DNA of 62,613 nucleotides, filler included, from Choristocarpus tenellus KU-1152 (lineage: Eukaryota; Protista; Phaeophyceae): NCBI GenBank assembly GCA_964200185.2. It is 10 parts of 10 records of this genome, joined end to end, with 100 filler letters (N's around TTAATTAATTAA, not from the genome) between each part and the next. Parts side by side here need not be neighbours in the genome. Positions count along the whole stretch, not along the records: positions 49,974 to 56,058 come from CAXNAD020008975.1; positions 56,159 to 59,759 come from CAXNAD020019022.1; positions 59,860 to 62,613 come from CAXNAD020025026.1; 7 more parts are not named here. One strand, written 5' to 3'. Position 1 is the first letter of the stretch; each line of letters begins with the position of its first letter. Positions 49,974 through 62,613 of the stretch are shown here, one piece after another. Both the position numbers and the translations under genes were made by a program. Under the pieces are notes generated by a model. That model searched no databases. It saw nothing but the letters and a program-made list of their open reading frames with translations, and was not told the origin of the DNA.

Positions 49974-52900
49974 GGGGGCGACCCTCCCTCCCCTTCCCCC
50001 CACCGCAGGGCCTGTCCGGGGGGGGGGGGGGGGGCTTCACGATCGTTACCCCTGCGACTCCTCGTGCTCATGCCACTGTTTCCACCGCTGCCATCTGACA
50101 ACATTGTGGACCCGGAGCGCTTGTTGCTCACCACCCTAGTGTCCTGGTCATCCACCGTCCGCTTCTTCCCACGCTCCTGGGCCAATTCGCCCCTTGCCGT
50201 TTCTGCCCCATTTCCTCCTCCATTGCTTGCCCCACCACTACCTCTGCCGCAGCAGCCACTCTCTCCTCCACGACCCCCACGGTACTGCTCCCTGTCTCTG
50301 TCAACTATGACCCTTCCGCGGTCCCTGTCTCGATCCCAGTCCCTCTCTTGATCAAGGTCCCAGTCCCGATGCCTATCCGGTCGGTCCCTGTCCTTTTCCT
50401 TCTTACGGTCCGTGTCCTTTTCTCTCTCACGCTCCCTTTCCCGGTCCCTGTCCCTGTCCCGGGTCAGGCGCTTATCATTACCAGCACCTTTACTCTTGTC
50501 CCCCGAACCTCCTTCGTGACCTTGCCCTTCAGACTCGTGATACCGCGACTTCTCTCTCACCCCCCCCCTCTCCCAGTCCCTATTGTTAATAGTCTTTGAG
50601 TCCGACGGGGCGCGAGGAGAAACAGCCCTTCGGGGAGAGACCCGCTGGCTAACAGAAGAATGATCCCTGTAACAAGAATTAAAATGATGAAGAAAAAAAA
50701 GGGTTTACTCAAAAAGAGGATCGAGGCAGGACAAGGCCATTTTATTGGATAGAGGGGTGGGTGAGAAGTAGAAGAACATCAGCCTAAAAAAAAAGATCAA
50801 ACAGAAAAAAGAGTAAGGCCTCAGGCACGCGCAAGGAACAAACATGTGGCTATGTCAACTTCGGACATGATACTCAAGAGTGAATGCCCTCCTAGAGTCT
50901 CCTCTCGTCTGTTGCTTCTGCTATAAAAACTTCCCTCAAATTCCAACCCTTCCTTCTTCACGTCACCATTGTGTCTCACTAGTATATGTAGCACCACCAC
51001 ATACACTCCACTCTTACAGTCCTTATTCTTCCTCCCCTCCCCTCCCCTCCCCTTCCCTTCCCTTCCCTTCCCTCTTACAGAAAAGGATGGTAGGTCGATA
51101 GAGGTCAGACAGAGCCTTAGGAACACCCATCCACGCATCAAGATTAACCAGATGACAAGGAAGACTAGCATCAGCAGCATCATCAAGAAAATCGAACATT
51201 TGGTGCAGTGCACTGCAGTATTTCGCCATATTTAGCTGAGCAGAAGAGGGCAGTATGACAGGAATCAGAGAGCTACAGAGCAAAACTATAGTCCTGAGAA
51301 TTACTCCAGAGTACTCCAGAGCCCAAACTATAGTTGATATAGGATAAGCATCCTTTGATCAGAGCATAAAACCTACCTGAAGCATGAAGGAGAAAAATCA
51401 ACAATATAATTTAAAAAAACAAAAAAAATGTGAGCAAAAAAAAATACCAAAATCATAAATGAACTTGTGCAATAGAAGCCTGCATTACAATTGAGCCCCA
51501 CTAGGAGGCACCCATCCACTCTAGAAACAAAACAGCATGCGCCATATGGAAAGCATGCCATCAAGACATTTTCAGGCTAGATTCTTCTAACACGCAAGTC
51601 CTCGTATGTTCTCTCCCTCTAACCTGTCTTTTAACTGTTCAGTATTCCATCATTGTGCCTACCTACCTCCACCCCTCTCGACCAGATCCAGAGTCCCCAC
51701 CGCCTCTGCAGTCCTCTTCTGGCAAGCGATCATTGCTGTCCCTCTTCTCATCTCCACTTTCCTTTCCCTTGACAGCAATACCGACCCCTCTCCCAACGTC
51801 TCCGCCGCACCCTTCACCATTGTTCTTGCTGGCTGAATTACCCCCCCCCGTCCTGCTGCCACAAGGACTGGCAGGCAATCTTGGTGAGTTCCTACCCTTC
51901 CGTAACACCCTCTCCCCCCCATTTCGAATGCGAAAGCCAAAGACACGAGGGACAAACACTTCCTCAGGTGGCTCCGGCACCATATTTCCGTAAGTCATGA
52001 AGAAGAGGTGAGGAAATGTAGTCCCGAAATATGCCCCGTCCACAGCTGGGTGGGCTGGCAAGAATGTCAAGAGAGTTGAAGCAGAGGGGCATAGAGCACA
52101 TGAGGTCAGGAAAGGGGGAGAAACAACTGGGATATCCGTACATTTGGGGGGGGGGGGCAGGGGAAGGAGTACCTTAGCTTGTGTCAATGCAAAAACAGTG
52201 TTTAGGTTGAAGCACACAATATCACTGCTTTACTGCACTAGAGAAAATGTCAGCAAAATGTAGCTTGCATGGAAGTGGAAATGGGTGGAAACAGAAAAAT
52301 ATGTAGTATCATACAAACGTGTTGTATGATTGTCACGAGTGATGGAACACATTTTTTGTCTCCATGGTTCCAGGCAATAAGAACCCTTATATCATTCTGG
52401 CCAAATACATGCAGTAATAATCAGCGCTTCACAAGCACAAGAAATCCTTCCCCACCTTAAGAAAACTCTCCCTTTATGGGGTACAGCATGTGACAGTTCT
52501 CAGCACCCCTCTCCTTAGGAAGAAGTTCAAATTATCCTAACTTCCCCACAAAATTGCATCAGAGGGATTTGTTCAAAAACACACATGCCGGGGGTGAATT
52601 CTTGTACTCTATTGTGAGCTGCATTAAATTCTTACTCTGTTGACAGGTATCAAAATGGACTATAAACTACGAAATATTAGAGCAAAATCAAGTCAAAGCT
52701 CCTTCACCGCACAAACTGCATACATAAGAGGATTACAAGAAAGTCCAACACAATAGAAAAGGAATGTGAGGGCAATCAGTGCTTGACAAATCTATTGAGA
52801 AGAAAAATTCTACAAATGGGAGGAATGGGGGGAGGGGGTGGGAAGGGGAATGCCCAGCAGCCACAAAAGAGCTTTGACAAAAAGTTCAAGATCTTGCAAA

Positions 52901-54669
52901 GAATGGTGCGATGTATCTACTCAGGCAGGCAGGTCTCATCAACAACACCATGTATCACCAACATACTCTGCATGTCACTGAACAGGTCAGATGAAGCGAA
53001 CAGTACATACATTGACCACCGTGCTGGATTGGATAGTTGTAGATGTCTCGGCATTTGGGGCAGTAGAGCCTCACAGTCTCTATCTTGGGTTCATCTCGAA
53101 TCCCTAGAGGTACAACTGGCTGACCCCGGCAGAGGAATCTTGGACAATTTCCAAATTCCTTCACCATAATAAAATAATAAAGCAAAAATTCAGCAGGGGG
53201 GGGGGCAGCAACAAACAGTGCCGAACAGAAATGAAAGGAGAAAAAAAAAATTGAAAGCAATGCTGCCCATCTGCAGCTTACTAACACCCATAAACCTTAA
53301 CTAGAGCTCCCAAAAATGGAAAAATAGGAAAAAAAATCGCCACAACACACAAGCCACTCATGGGCAGGATCAGGCATCAGGAAATGGTAAAGAGTTCAAG
53401 TCAGAAGAATAGGCAGTGTTACTTGTGCAGCATTGACTTACTACCAGCCACATTGATGTCACCTGCAAGGAGAATTTCTGATACATAGCCTCTAGGCCGT
53501 TGGTAGTGATGACGTATCTGGCATGAATAAGGCCATACAAAGAGTATGCAGCCTGCAGAATATCATCTGTACTCTCCTCTGGACCTGGAGGAGTGGTCCA
53601 AGGTGCTTACATTGGGTTAATAAGCACACAGTTTGATTTTTGCAAATGATTGTAATTCCTTGAAAGAGATCAGTGTATTGGTCTGGTTTGGGGCATTCTG
53701 ACAGGGAACCCTACATCAGAATCAAATATCAGCAAGCGGCTACCCCATCATTCAAATCACTAATGGCTACAATTATAGTGCAATCCACCAGACATAATTC
53801 CAAGTTTGGCAAAGTCAGCTACATGTAGCGGATATATAAACCTCACTACTGTATTTTTTTTAAGCTCCCCAAAGCTGGCAAGCAACATACCAGGTTGCCA
53901 TCTCCAGCATAGATAACAACCCTTGCATTTAGCCTTGCCAGCACCACGTACGACAAAATGACAGACCCAAATAAACCTATGGATATCGAGAACAAGATCT
54001 GACTATCATCACATTTCAACGAGAGGCGCATTGATAACTAAAAACAGGTGTGACAGTCCAAAACATAGGATGGGTGTATGTCACAGTAACGACCGAGGAA
54101 ACAAGGATGAAGCAACTATTGGTAACGGACGCTGCTAGTGGAACAAATAACTAGTGATTTGTGCCAAAACCTATGCATTATACCTAAAACCAAGGAGGGC
54201 TCGGTGAGTCTTCGCCATTCTTGCAAACCAAGACGTACAGATATGGACATAGAGCTTGGAAAGTGACAGACATCCCTGAGAGCATACATCGCGACCGAGG
54301 AAAACCGTAAAAAAGATGGGTCTAAACGGGTTGAATTGAACGACAGCGGATCATATAACCAGTCTATGGAAATAATTATGTTGCCCAACATAACGTGCGG
54401 CATTACCACCACACCTTATCTTACGACTATAAGAGGCACGTAGGCGATCAAAACTGACCATATACTGTTGCCTCCTCGACCCTACCTATTCGGTCAAGAA
54501 TGACATCCAGGCATTGGTTGATGCCTGGAACGAAGTGCCTTAACCCATAGAGGTTGAAACCATCTTCGATGTACCCTCGCTCCACCTCGCAAAACATCTC
54601 GTGTCCCTGAAGTGCACAAAACCATTGGATCCACGTCTCGTCCGCCGCAGAGGACGACGAATCCGTCAT
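49974..54669 (-). CDS. CSNK2B: Casein kinase II regulatory beta subunit with a long low-complexity RD/RE/G-rich C-terminal extension (3' end lost in gap)
   Basis: Exons 54669-54486, 53584-53463, 53158-53011, 52045-51667 and 50648-49974, with consistent phases. Motifs: [14 protein letters not shown]...[20 protein letters not shown], zinc ribbon CPRFLC...[23 protein letters not shown] and PRVFGFRI. Inclusion of exon 5 is less certain than the core. Confidence 0.92.
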
Positions 54670-55468
54670 GGGTAGACGTGCCACCGTCACCGCTCTTTAT
54701 TATCCTGGATTATCGTTCTATGGCTCCTGGCATGACCACCAGTGATGTGCACCCATACAACGCCCACTACCCTCTACCCATCTTATGGTACTATATCACC
54801 CCTGTCTCAATCCGCGCGCCAAATACGTTTCGTTGAATTTTGTTTTCATTCACGTACGTGCGAATTCATTCCCTATCACCATCAACACGTAAACATCGAA
54901 CATCCAACACCTAATACCCAAGTTGCTGACTCAATCTTTTTCTCGACTAAATAAATTCGTCCCACCTTCGCTCGAACATGACAGAGGATCGCCGATTTCG
55001 ACATGAACATCCACGTTGTCTCTGCCTGTCGCACAACTGTATTTCTCCTGTCTGACCCCGTGATGGGTTTCATCAGCGTCGACTACTGTTCCACAAGAAG
55101 TTACGTGTGTTGAACTGGAAGTTGTACCACCTACTCCAGCACATGGTCATCAAGCATAATGTTCTTTACTTATGGCATTGAGCAAGTACCTAGCGTTTTC
55201 ATTAACCATACGCACTGAAACTAGCCAAAAGTGCAAGGTGTTAATTGTAAACAAGGCGCCCCAGACAGATGGAGCGTACCACTCACGGAATACTATCCGC
55301 CTCAGCATTGGTCATGCGTGGGCTCATTGCTGAGAGCACCGGTCGTGCAGTCCATTCGTGTTGGATATCTCCTCCGCATCTGGCATCTTGTGGTCGAGTA
55401 ATGATGGGGCTAAATCATTTTTAACACCTGTTCGTCATTATGCAGCATGATGGGTCTAACGTATGCAG

Positions 55469-55610
55469 GAGGTCCTTTATCAGCTACTCGATCGCTTGAA
55501 GTGTGCGCAGGCAATATTCACAACTAGACTTAGAACCCTGGTGTGGGGCTTGGTCTATGATTGGATGAGTAGGGAGAGTGGAGACTTCATCACCTATGAG
55601 CATGGTCGCC
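55469..55610 (+). CDS. Putative orphan exon of a gene divergent from CK2 beta
   Basis: Branch point CTAAC at 55456-55460, acceptor gcag|, open frame EVLYQLLDRLKCAQAIFTTRLRTLVWGLVYDWMSRESGDFITYEHGR, donor |gtacgt. Confidence 0.35.
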
Positions 55611-58600
55611 GTACGTGTCTTTGATGACATCTTGCCGAGAGGACTGACTTTGTTATGGTTGCCCTTGCTACCAATGCCAACTCTACCTGAAGTCTAGCAG
55701 CTATTGGGGTATCAATGCCCTACTTGTCCCATGAAAGCTCAATGATACATGTGGATGGGTCTCTTTGTCTGTTTGTGGACTATTGGACGTGGTTGAGTGA
55801 TCTTAAGTGGGCAGGAAATCTGAAGTTAGAAGTATGCTATTATTGTCTTGCATGTAAGGCTCTACTTTGTTGTTTATGAGAGCAAAGAAGTCTAGCTTAT
55901 CCAACAGGAAAATTGTCTTGTCATTTTCTTGTGCTTCTGACTCGCTTTTGAGTGAGGTAAGGTCAAAGTAGGCCATCTTTATTGACCTGTTTTGACCCAA
56001 AGGATCTGGGGGGGGGGGGGGGGGGGGGAGGGGAACCAGTTAGGTTACCGATTTAAAANNNNNNNNNNNNNNNNNNNNNNNNNNNNNNNNNNNNNNNNNN
56101 NNTTAATTAATTAANNNNNNNNNNNNNNNNNNNNNNNNNNNNNNNNNNNNNNNNNNNNGTCAAATATGGCTGTGAAGGTGCTACAGGGGGGTCGAAAAAG
56201 TTGGTTGGGGGGGGGGGAGTCATGAAAGCAATAGTTGGGAAGAGTGTGTCTGGTGACTGATTGGTTTAAATTGTTGATTGAGCTTTCATTCATGTTTTGC
56301 TTTTCATGTCTCGAGGTCAAGGTTGTGGTTGTTACCTTGAGGAGTGTGCTGTTTGTTGTATGTTTGTGTTTTCATGATTGACAATATATGACTTGACAAA
56401 ACCTGGTGTTGGTTTTGTAAATGGATTGATGATGTGCCTGGTCCTAATGTAGGTCGAGGAAGAAGGTGTGTGAGGCAGACTCTTGATCTTTGTTTTTGTG
56501 GGACCAACTTGCAGATGTTACAAAAGAGAGTTTGAAAATATAATAGCCTTTTGCTCTGTTTAGTTGGAAAAGTTGTCAGGAAACAGGATTTGAGATTATA
56601 TATAGTAATCAGGTGCCCTTTCTCCTCCAGTAGAGTGATTCCGTTGATTCTTTTGAGCAAAATTAGGTTGAAACTGCCAGTGTAATTGCTGATGTAATTC
56701 ACATTGACAACTGTACCCGTTGTGTCTTTAAGGTAAGTCACTCCTCTGAAGCATTGGTAATGACAAGTTCACAGGTGCCCAATAATATGTAACCTGCTAT
56801 ATGCAGTAAGGTGTTGTTTTATACATGAAGAACAGTTACCACTGACAGAGATGGTAGTTGTTAGCAGGGTATTACCACAGACTGACAATGATCAATCGAT
56901 CTGCTCTATTTTTGGATACTTCAAGTACATATCCAATGTTTCACCTACTTGTGTACTGCTTACCTTGTGCCTTATCCATGCAATCCTTGCAGAATTCTGT
57001 TGGGCTATTAGGAATCACTGTCACACATTCTAGCAGAATTCGTGATAGTCTACTCTGAAGTGATGATGCTGCAGAGGTAAAAGGAGTTACACCTTTTGAC
57101 TTACTCTCGTTTCCTCCCTTTCCACAATACCACCTTGCACCTTGAGAAAGTAATTTAGCAAGATTAGCCTGTTCTCATTGACTCAATAGCAACCACATTC
57201 CATTCCCTATCTCACCCCCCCTTACCTCCTGCAGTACCCCCCTTGCACTGAAGCGTTCTGACATGATATTATTGCCCATCAAACCTGCTTTGCACCTCAT
57301 GTCATGGTGGATGTGGAACAGGGCACTGAAAGCTCAGAGGGAGATGAAATTAGTAACCATCACAGTGATGACAACGATTCAGAGCTATGACATTTGCCCA
57401 GGTGCAACTCTGGTTCTGTGCAGGTACATAGGGAGAGACCTTGGGGGTATTCATGATTTGAGTTTGATTGTTTTAATAGGTAGCTGTCTGTGAGTTAATA
57501 AGTCTGTGTGTGTGCATGTATGCTTTGGGAGCACTATGCTTCGAACCAGCCGGGGACTGACTAAGGAGTGATAGGTTGGATGCTTTGTGTCCATAAACAG
57601 CACAATCTGCAGGCTGTTGTTAACCCCTTTGTTGTACTGGTGTACGGGCTACTGGGTGGGTCTCTAGAGGTGTACTCATCTATACTACCTTATACTAGGG
57701 CATTTCTGAAGTATATTATAGACAAAGGTGGAGAACTGTAAGCACTTTTCAAGTGGTGATACATTAGTCTTAACTAATACAGTGGAGCACAGGAATGTCT
57801 GGGGGATTTGAGAGAGTGTGAAGCAAGCAGGAGGTGGAAGGGAACTGACTGTTTCTTAAAGGCTTATGTCCCTTGTAAGAAACCCTATCTTCTTGGGTAG
57901 GACAACCACTTGCCTGGATCTCTAGTTCCTAGTGGTTGGATTAAAGTTTTTTCCCATTGCTGTTAGTTAGAGTTAAGCGCTGGAGCTACTATTTGTATAG
58001 TGTGCTCATTATGAGTTTATACACTGCTAATGCATTTGCCCAGCTTGGACAAGAGTGCAGAAGAAATATGGATATCATTACTTGTACCCTCCAGTTGTTT
58101 TATAATACAATGAACATTGCTTTTAAGGACTTCGTCTGTGCTTGTATGCTCTGCTTTTGAGGGGTCACTGAGTGCAACCTCACTCCATCTAAATACCTAG
58201 AGTTCTTAGAAAGAGTGTGGAGGAATAGGGAGGTCTGTCCTTGAGGAGTCACGAAGAGAGAAGACAGAAGTTAAGTCTGACTCTTAGCGCGTCCACATCT
58301 CAGTTGTCAATATCATGCCACTCTGCTGGGGATGTGGATCTTCACAATGGATCATACGGAAGCAACTGCACACCTGGATTATTTTCAATTTTCAGCTGGT
58401 GCATTGAGTGAACTGAGCAAACTGATTCTGGTGCTAAATATATTGGCGGTGATGATGCAGAGCGCGACCTAGACTTGGAATTCTAAGCAGCAGCTGCTAG
58501 CCTAGCACCACACATCCATTACCTCTCTCTGTCTGTATGTGAGATTTTGAATAGTGGTCCTACAATTATTCTAATAGTAGGTTGAAGTATTTGTATACTC

Positions 58601-60254
58601 CGGAGTACATGCATGATACATGAAAGACATTTGTAAATTTTGGCTCTAGCCTTGGGGGACATTAGTCACCTATTGTATTGATGCTTTGCATTTGTATGTC
58701 AGTGGAAACCCACAAGAGAGGTTTGCACACCTTGGACAACATTGGGCATATTTTGCAAAGTGTTACATACGTAACGTGCATGCGTGTTTTGGATTTGAGA
58801 GTGATGGCAAGACACCTTCTGGTGTGTAGAAGTATGTTTTTGACTGCAGTGTTACCATAATTGATACTAACATTATATTTGCTTATGTTTTCTTACATGT
58901 TATTTTGCCTTCACTGTTAGGACATAAAGCACGAAATAGGGGATGAGAAAAATCGAGAATAGTACACCAGGAGTTCGATAGGGAAAAGTACCCTTACACC
59001 TGTGGGTCGGGAAACTATATGATGGGTAATCTAGCACTGCCAAGAACAGTTTTTGTATTGCATGGAGGATACATCACAAACATTTTCCTCAAGGTTATTG
59101 TGGTGCAATGTAACAGAAGAACAATTTACAGTGACCATGGTTGTTCAAAAATGTTCTTGAACATTAACACCGGTTGTAGTACAGAAGACGCTGAAAACTT
59201 CATTTCTTTAAATATGTTCGTCTTAAAACGATGAGGCAGGGGTTCTCTAATCCTACCGTTGTACTTGGACACCTGGGAGACCGACAAATTGATAAGAACA
59301 TGTTTTAAGAATAAGATTTGTTTCACATTATGCATCAACATTGTCAGTTCTGTAGAGGCTCGTCAGGGTGAGTAATATTGGTAATACTTTTTGATTCATT
59401 GGAAGTGCATGGATCCATTGGAAAACATCATGGAAAAAACTTTTGTCAGTCCAGGGTTCATTTTAATGCCTTGGCCATGATGAACTGTTTGTCTCATGGT
59501 TTGTACGATGCACGAAAAATGAACCCAGCCATCTCTCATCATTCCCTCAATTGGGGTCACCTACAGCGTTTAAAGTTTAATGTTGACATAGCCCTCTTTT
59601 CTGTTTTGTCTGCGAAGTTACAAAACTTCCGCACCATAATGACCTCGAGGAATGTGTGTGAGACGGATCCTCCATGAAACACAAAAAAGTTGTTATTCCC
59701 AGTATTATAGATTACCCATGTAACAGCCTCTCAGCAAAATTGAGGATGGAGCATACCATNNNNNNNNNNNNNNNNNNNNNNNNNNNNNNNNNNNNNNNNN
59801 NNNTTAATTAATTAANNNNNNNNNNNNNNNNNNNNNNNNNNNNNNNNNNNNNNNNNNNNCTTCCAGATCGTTTCGGTGCCCTCCACAAGCACCGAAATAT
59901 TTTTGAACAAAAATATATCCCATTCAAAAAGGGGCCCTTAAAAAGTGCCGCAATATTTACAAGAAAAACGTATCGGCACCTTTTCCCGGTCAATTTTGGG
60001 TCAAACCCATCCTCAATTTTTGAAATCCACTGTTATTTATACATAATTATTCTTTCCTACTAAACTATTCCATTTTCTTCCTATGAAATCAGAAAGATTT
60101 GTACACGATTGTCTTTTCCTACAACATGAGATTTTTGGTAGCAAGATGACGTAGGGACAGATCAGGGATACACAACGATCTTCTCTTGAACGAATGGGGA
60201 CAAATCATATGAAAACAAAATGGAGACTAGAGAAATGGGCAAGGACAGACTTGT

Positions 60255-60475
60255 TATATTCTTGGGATGCTTCCCTACCTCCCCACACTAGGGTGCAGGA
60301 CTAAGCTAGGTTGTAGGCACAGGAGGGCAGCGGTGTAGTATAGTTGGTAGTAAAATAGTAAATGGATGATATAAAAATATCTTCACATTTACAACAACTG
60401 TTACTTTTTTAGGGGTTGTTCTGACATTTGAATGATTTTTCATCAGTTTTTCCCTGACACATCTCCAAAATGCTG
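60255..60475 (+). repeat. Dispersed repeat, inverted copy of 37020-37240 (3' end and flank of the non-LTR remnant)
   Basis: ttcttgggatgcttcccta...ctaagctaggttg...gtaaaatagtaaat matches the reverse complement of 37130-37240, and similarity continues into 37020-37120. Confidence 0.65.
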
Positions 60476-60586
60476 GAGGTATTAATAATAGGAATAATAA
60501 AATGGTGAGTGGTACCTACGAACACGTGTGTATGGCAACCAACAACGTTATATCGACAATTTTATTCTGCAACATCGAGTTGTTGT

Positions 60587-60725
60587 GAGCCAAAGTAAAC
60601 GAGAGGTACCCAGGTTTTGTCCGTTTTGCATTAAACCCAGTTTTTCAACCTCTCGTAATTCACCCATATTCCTATGGATGAAGTGCTAAGTTTGAGTTGG
60701 GAAAGTTAATTTCTGTGCTGTCTAA
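60587..60725 (+). repeat. Dispersed repeat family C starting GAGCCAAAGTA (second copy 62197-62345)
   Basis: gagccaaagtaaac.agaggtac..a.gtttt...ttttgca...gtgctaagtttga is shared by both copies. The first 11 bp equal the family B terminus. Confidence 0.6.
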
Positions 60726-62402
60726 AAAATTTCGATACGATCAAGAAAACATCCTCTACGCATTTGTAGTAATGAATGAACGAGTTTTGCACATACTTCT
60801 GAGCATCCTTAAAATGCAAGTCTGGGTAACTCTCGTTTACTTTGACTCTGTACTCAGTACATGGTTTGTGGTACGAGATATCAGGGTAGATGTACATCTT
60901 CATCACCCCTTCAACCTGCACATAACATATATTAGTACATACTTTTTTTCCTATTGGCATGTGAAGACACAAATGAGTTAAATCATGAAATGTTTGATGT
61001 GTGATATTTCGGTATCAGTTATATTTTTGTGATACACCTTTTCGTGAACAATTTTTGGTTAATATGCGAATCTTGTATCCCCTGTCGATGTGGATGTTGT
61101 TAAAGTAATGTGATGGGTTCTCTCCACGAATATTCAATAGTTGTAGAGGGTAGAGGTTGATTGTTATGAGTGATAAGCGATAGTCCAGAATTCCAACACA
61201 ATATATATATATATATATATATGTATGAATCATTGGTTCACCTGGCATGTGAGATCATGAAGGGGAGTCATCATTAGTCAATTTGTTCACAGGGGCATGG
61301 GATTGAGAAAGCAAATACTGAGTATAAACTAAAGACACATATCGTAGCAACCAAAATACAACTTTGCAGGCAGAATTGCCTGATCAGAGTCAGAAGCAAT
61401 CAAGGTTGCCTGCAGAAGCTGTAAGAGTGACATTCACTGTGTTGCTACAACCAACCCTTTATTTCACTCCCATAAGGTTTTGTCTCGAAGTGTGCAAGGA
61501 ATGACCGGTTGGTACCACCTATCTGTCACGAGTTGTACGTAGGTGAGCATGTAGTTTCAAATAAATAACAAATGGGGGCACTTGAATTCCGTCAGCATTG
61601 TCATTAGTAAAAATCCTGTTTTCATCAATTACTCCAGTAAAGAAGTACAATGTTGACTTGTGAGTTCCAACCAATCGTTTACCATTTTTTGCTATTTTGA
61701 CGTATGAAGTCCACAAAGTTCTACAAACAAAATACTGTTCCTAGAACTCTACAACAATGTGCCTGATTCTCATTTTTCCACTCCCTCTACACTCGTTTAC
61801 CATATCCTTCTAACTTTGATACAAAATCGTTCTACAAGTCAGCATCTCTTATGAGTATTCAGCCATATATCTTGACACAAGGACAGCATGTACAAAACAA
61901 GGCTCTGAGATTTGCTAAGGTGTTGACCCTCGATTGCACAGGTACCAATTTGCATTGGGAAGGGGCACAACTCTCTCAAACACTTACATATATCCTGTTT
62001 GGCAAATGTTTAAGCAGAAACTCAAACCCCCCACCCCCTCCCCTTGGCAGCCCTCCCCAAAGGTACTTGGAAGTATATCTCTCCCTATATATGTATGATG
62101 GCTGACGCAATTTGCTTCCATGTACGGACTCCCAACATATCCCAAACACACATCACCTTGATATCACTCTTGCGAAAGGGCAGCCAGCTTGCATCTGAGC
62201 CAAAGTAAACAAGAGGTACTCAAGTTTTGGTCATTTTGCACTTTAAGCCTGTTTTTCAATTTCTCGAAATTCACCCAGATTTCCAAGGACAAGGTGCTAA
62301 GTTTGACTTGAGACTGTTGATTTCTCAAATTGTTCAGAAATTTTCAACAGAATCCACAAAAAATCCTACACACATTTGTAAAAAAAAAAAGAAGCCAAAT
62401 TT

Positions 62403-62600
62403 GGTTCAAAGTATCTGGGGGGCGGGGGGACAGGGGGACGGGCGGCGGCTGTCCAATCAGGGCCCGTTTTTCCATGTCGCGATTTTTGGGTGATTTGGTT
62501 CCATGTGTCGGATGGAAAATGTAAGTTCCCTTTTTCTGGTCAGGGTCTCAATGGACACCCTCAGGCAGTTCCCCCCCCCCCCCCCCCCCCCCCCCCCCAC
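62403..62600 (-). mobile_element. MITE family A copy
   Basis: ggttcaaagtatctggggg...ggcggctgtcca...aatggacaccct(c)n is the reverse complement of the family A sequence. Confidence 0.7.
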
Positions 62601-62613
62601 CCACTTAAAAACC

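Noticed and set aside
49974-50648. RD/RE-rich exon as the missing C-terminus of the CXIP4-like gene
   Set aside because: It is on a different contig and strand, and it splices in phase with CK2 beta exon 4.
32460-58540. Stop-codon reassignment explaining single in-frame stops
   Set aside because: The intact genes have no internal stops and end in TAA or TAG. The interrupting stops are of mixed type, consistent with decay.
56159-62200. Short ORFs in the last two contigs
   Set aside because: They are stop-interrupted, with no family recognised and no coherent gene model.

Overview
Eukaryotic, intron-rich nuclear DNA. It is most likely from a photosynthetic stramenopile (brown alga or relative), inferred from two proteins with signal peptide + Phe plastid presequences, TTAGGG-type repeats and a ROCO-like fragment. 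The window is not one locus: about 10 contigs are joined by an artificial 100-nt linker (44N-TTAATTAATTAA-44N). Manual splicing gives two complete head-to-head genes: a 5-exon condensation/alcohol-acetyltransferase-type acyltransferase (605 aa, minus) and a 2-exon START-domain protein (391 aa, plus), both apparently plastid-targeted. Gap-truncated genes are a CXIP4-like zinc-knuckle protein, a ROCO/COR-like fragment, a P/Q-rich SURP-domain (CHERP-like) splicing factor and a CK2 beta subunit with a long RD/RE-rich tail. The rest is decayed transposons (two DD39D-like mariners, a Ty1/copia RT, RLE-type non-LTR remnants), three related MITE families, minisatellites and interstitial (CCCTAA)n. No CRISPR array, rRNA or intact tRNA was found. 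The best candidates for new biology are the plastid acyltransferase/START pair, the CK2 beta tail and apparent in-place gain of TTAGGG repeats. All three are hypotheses.
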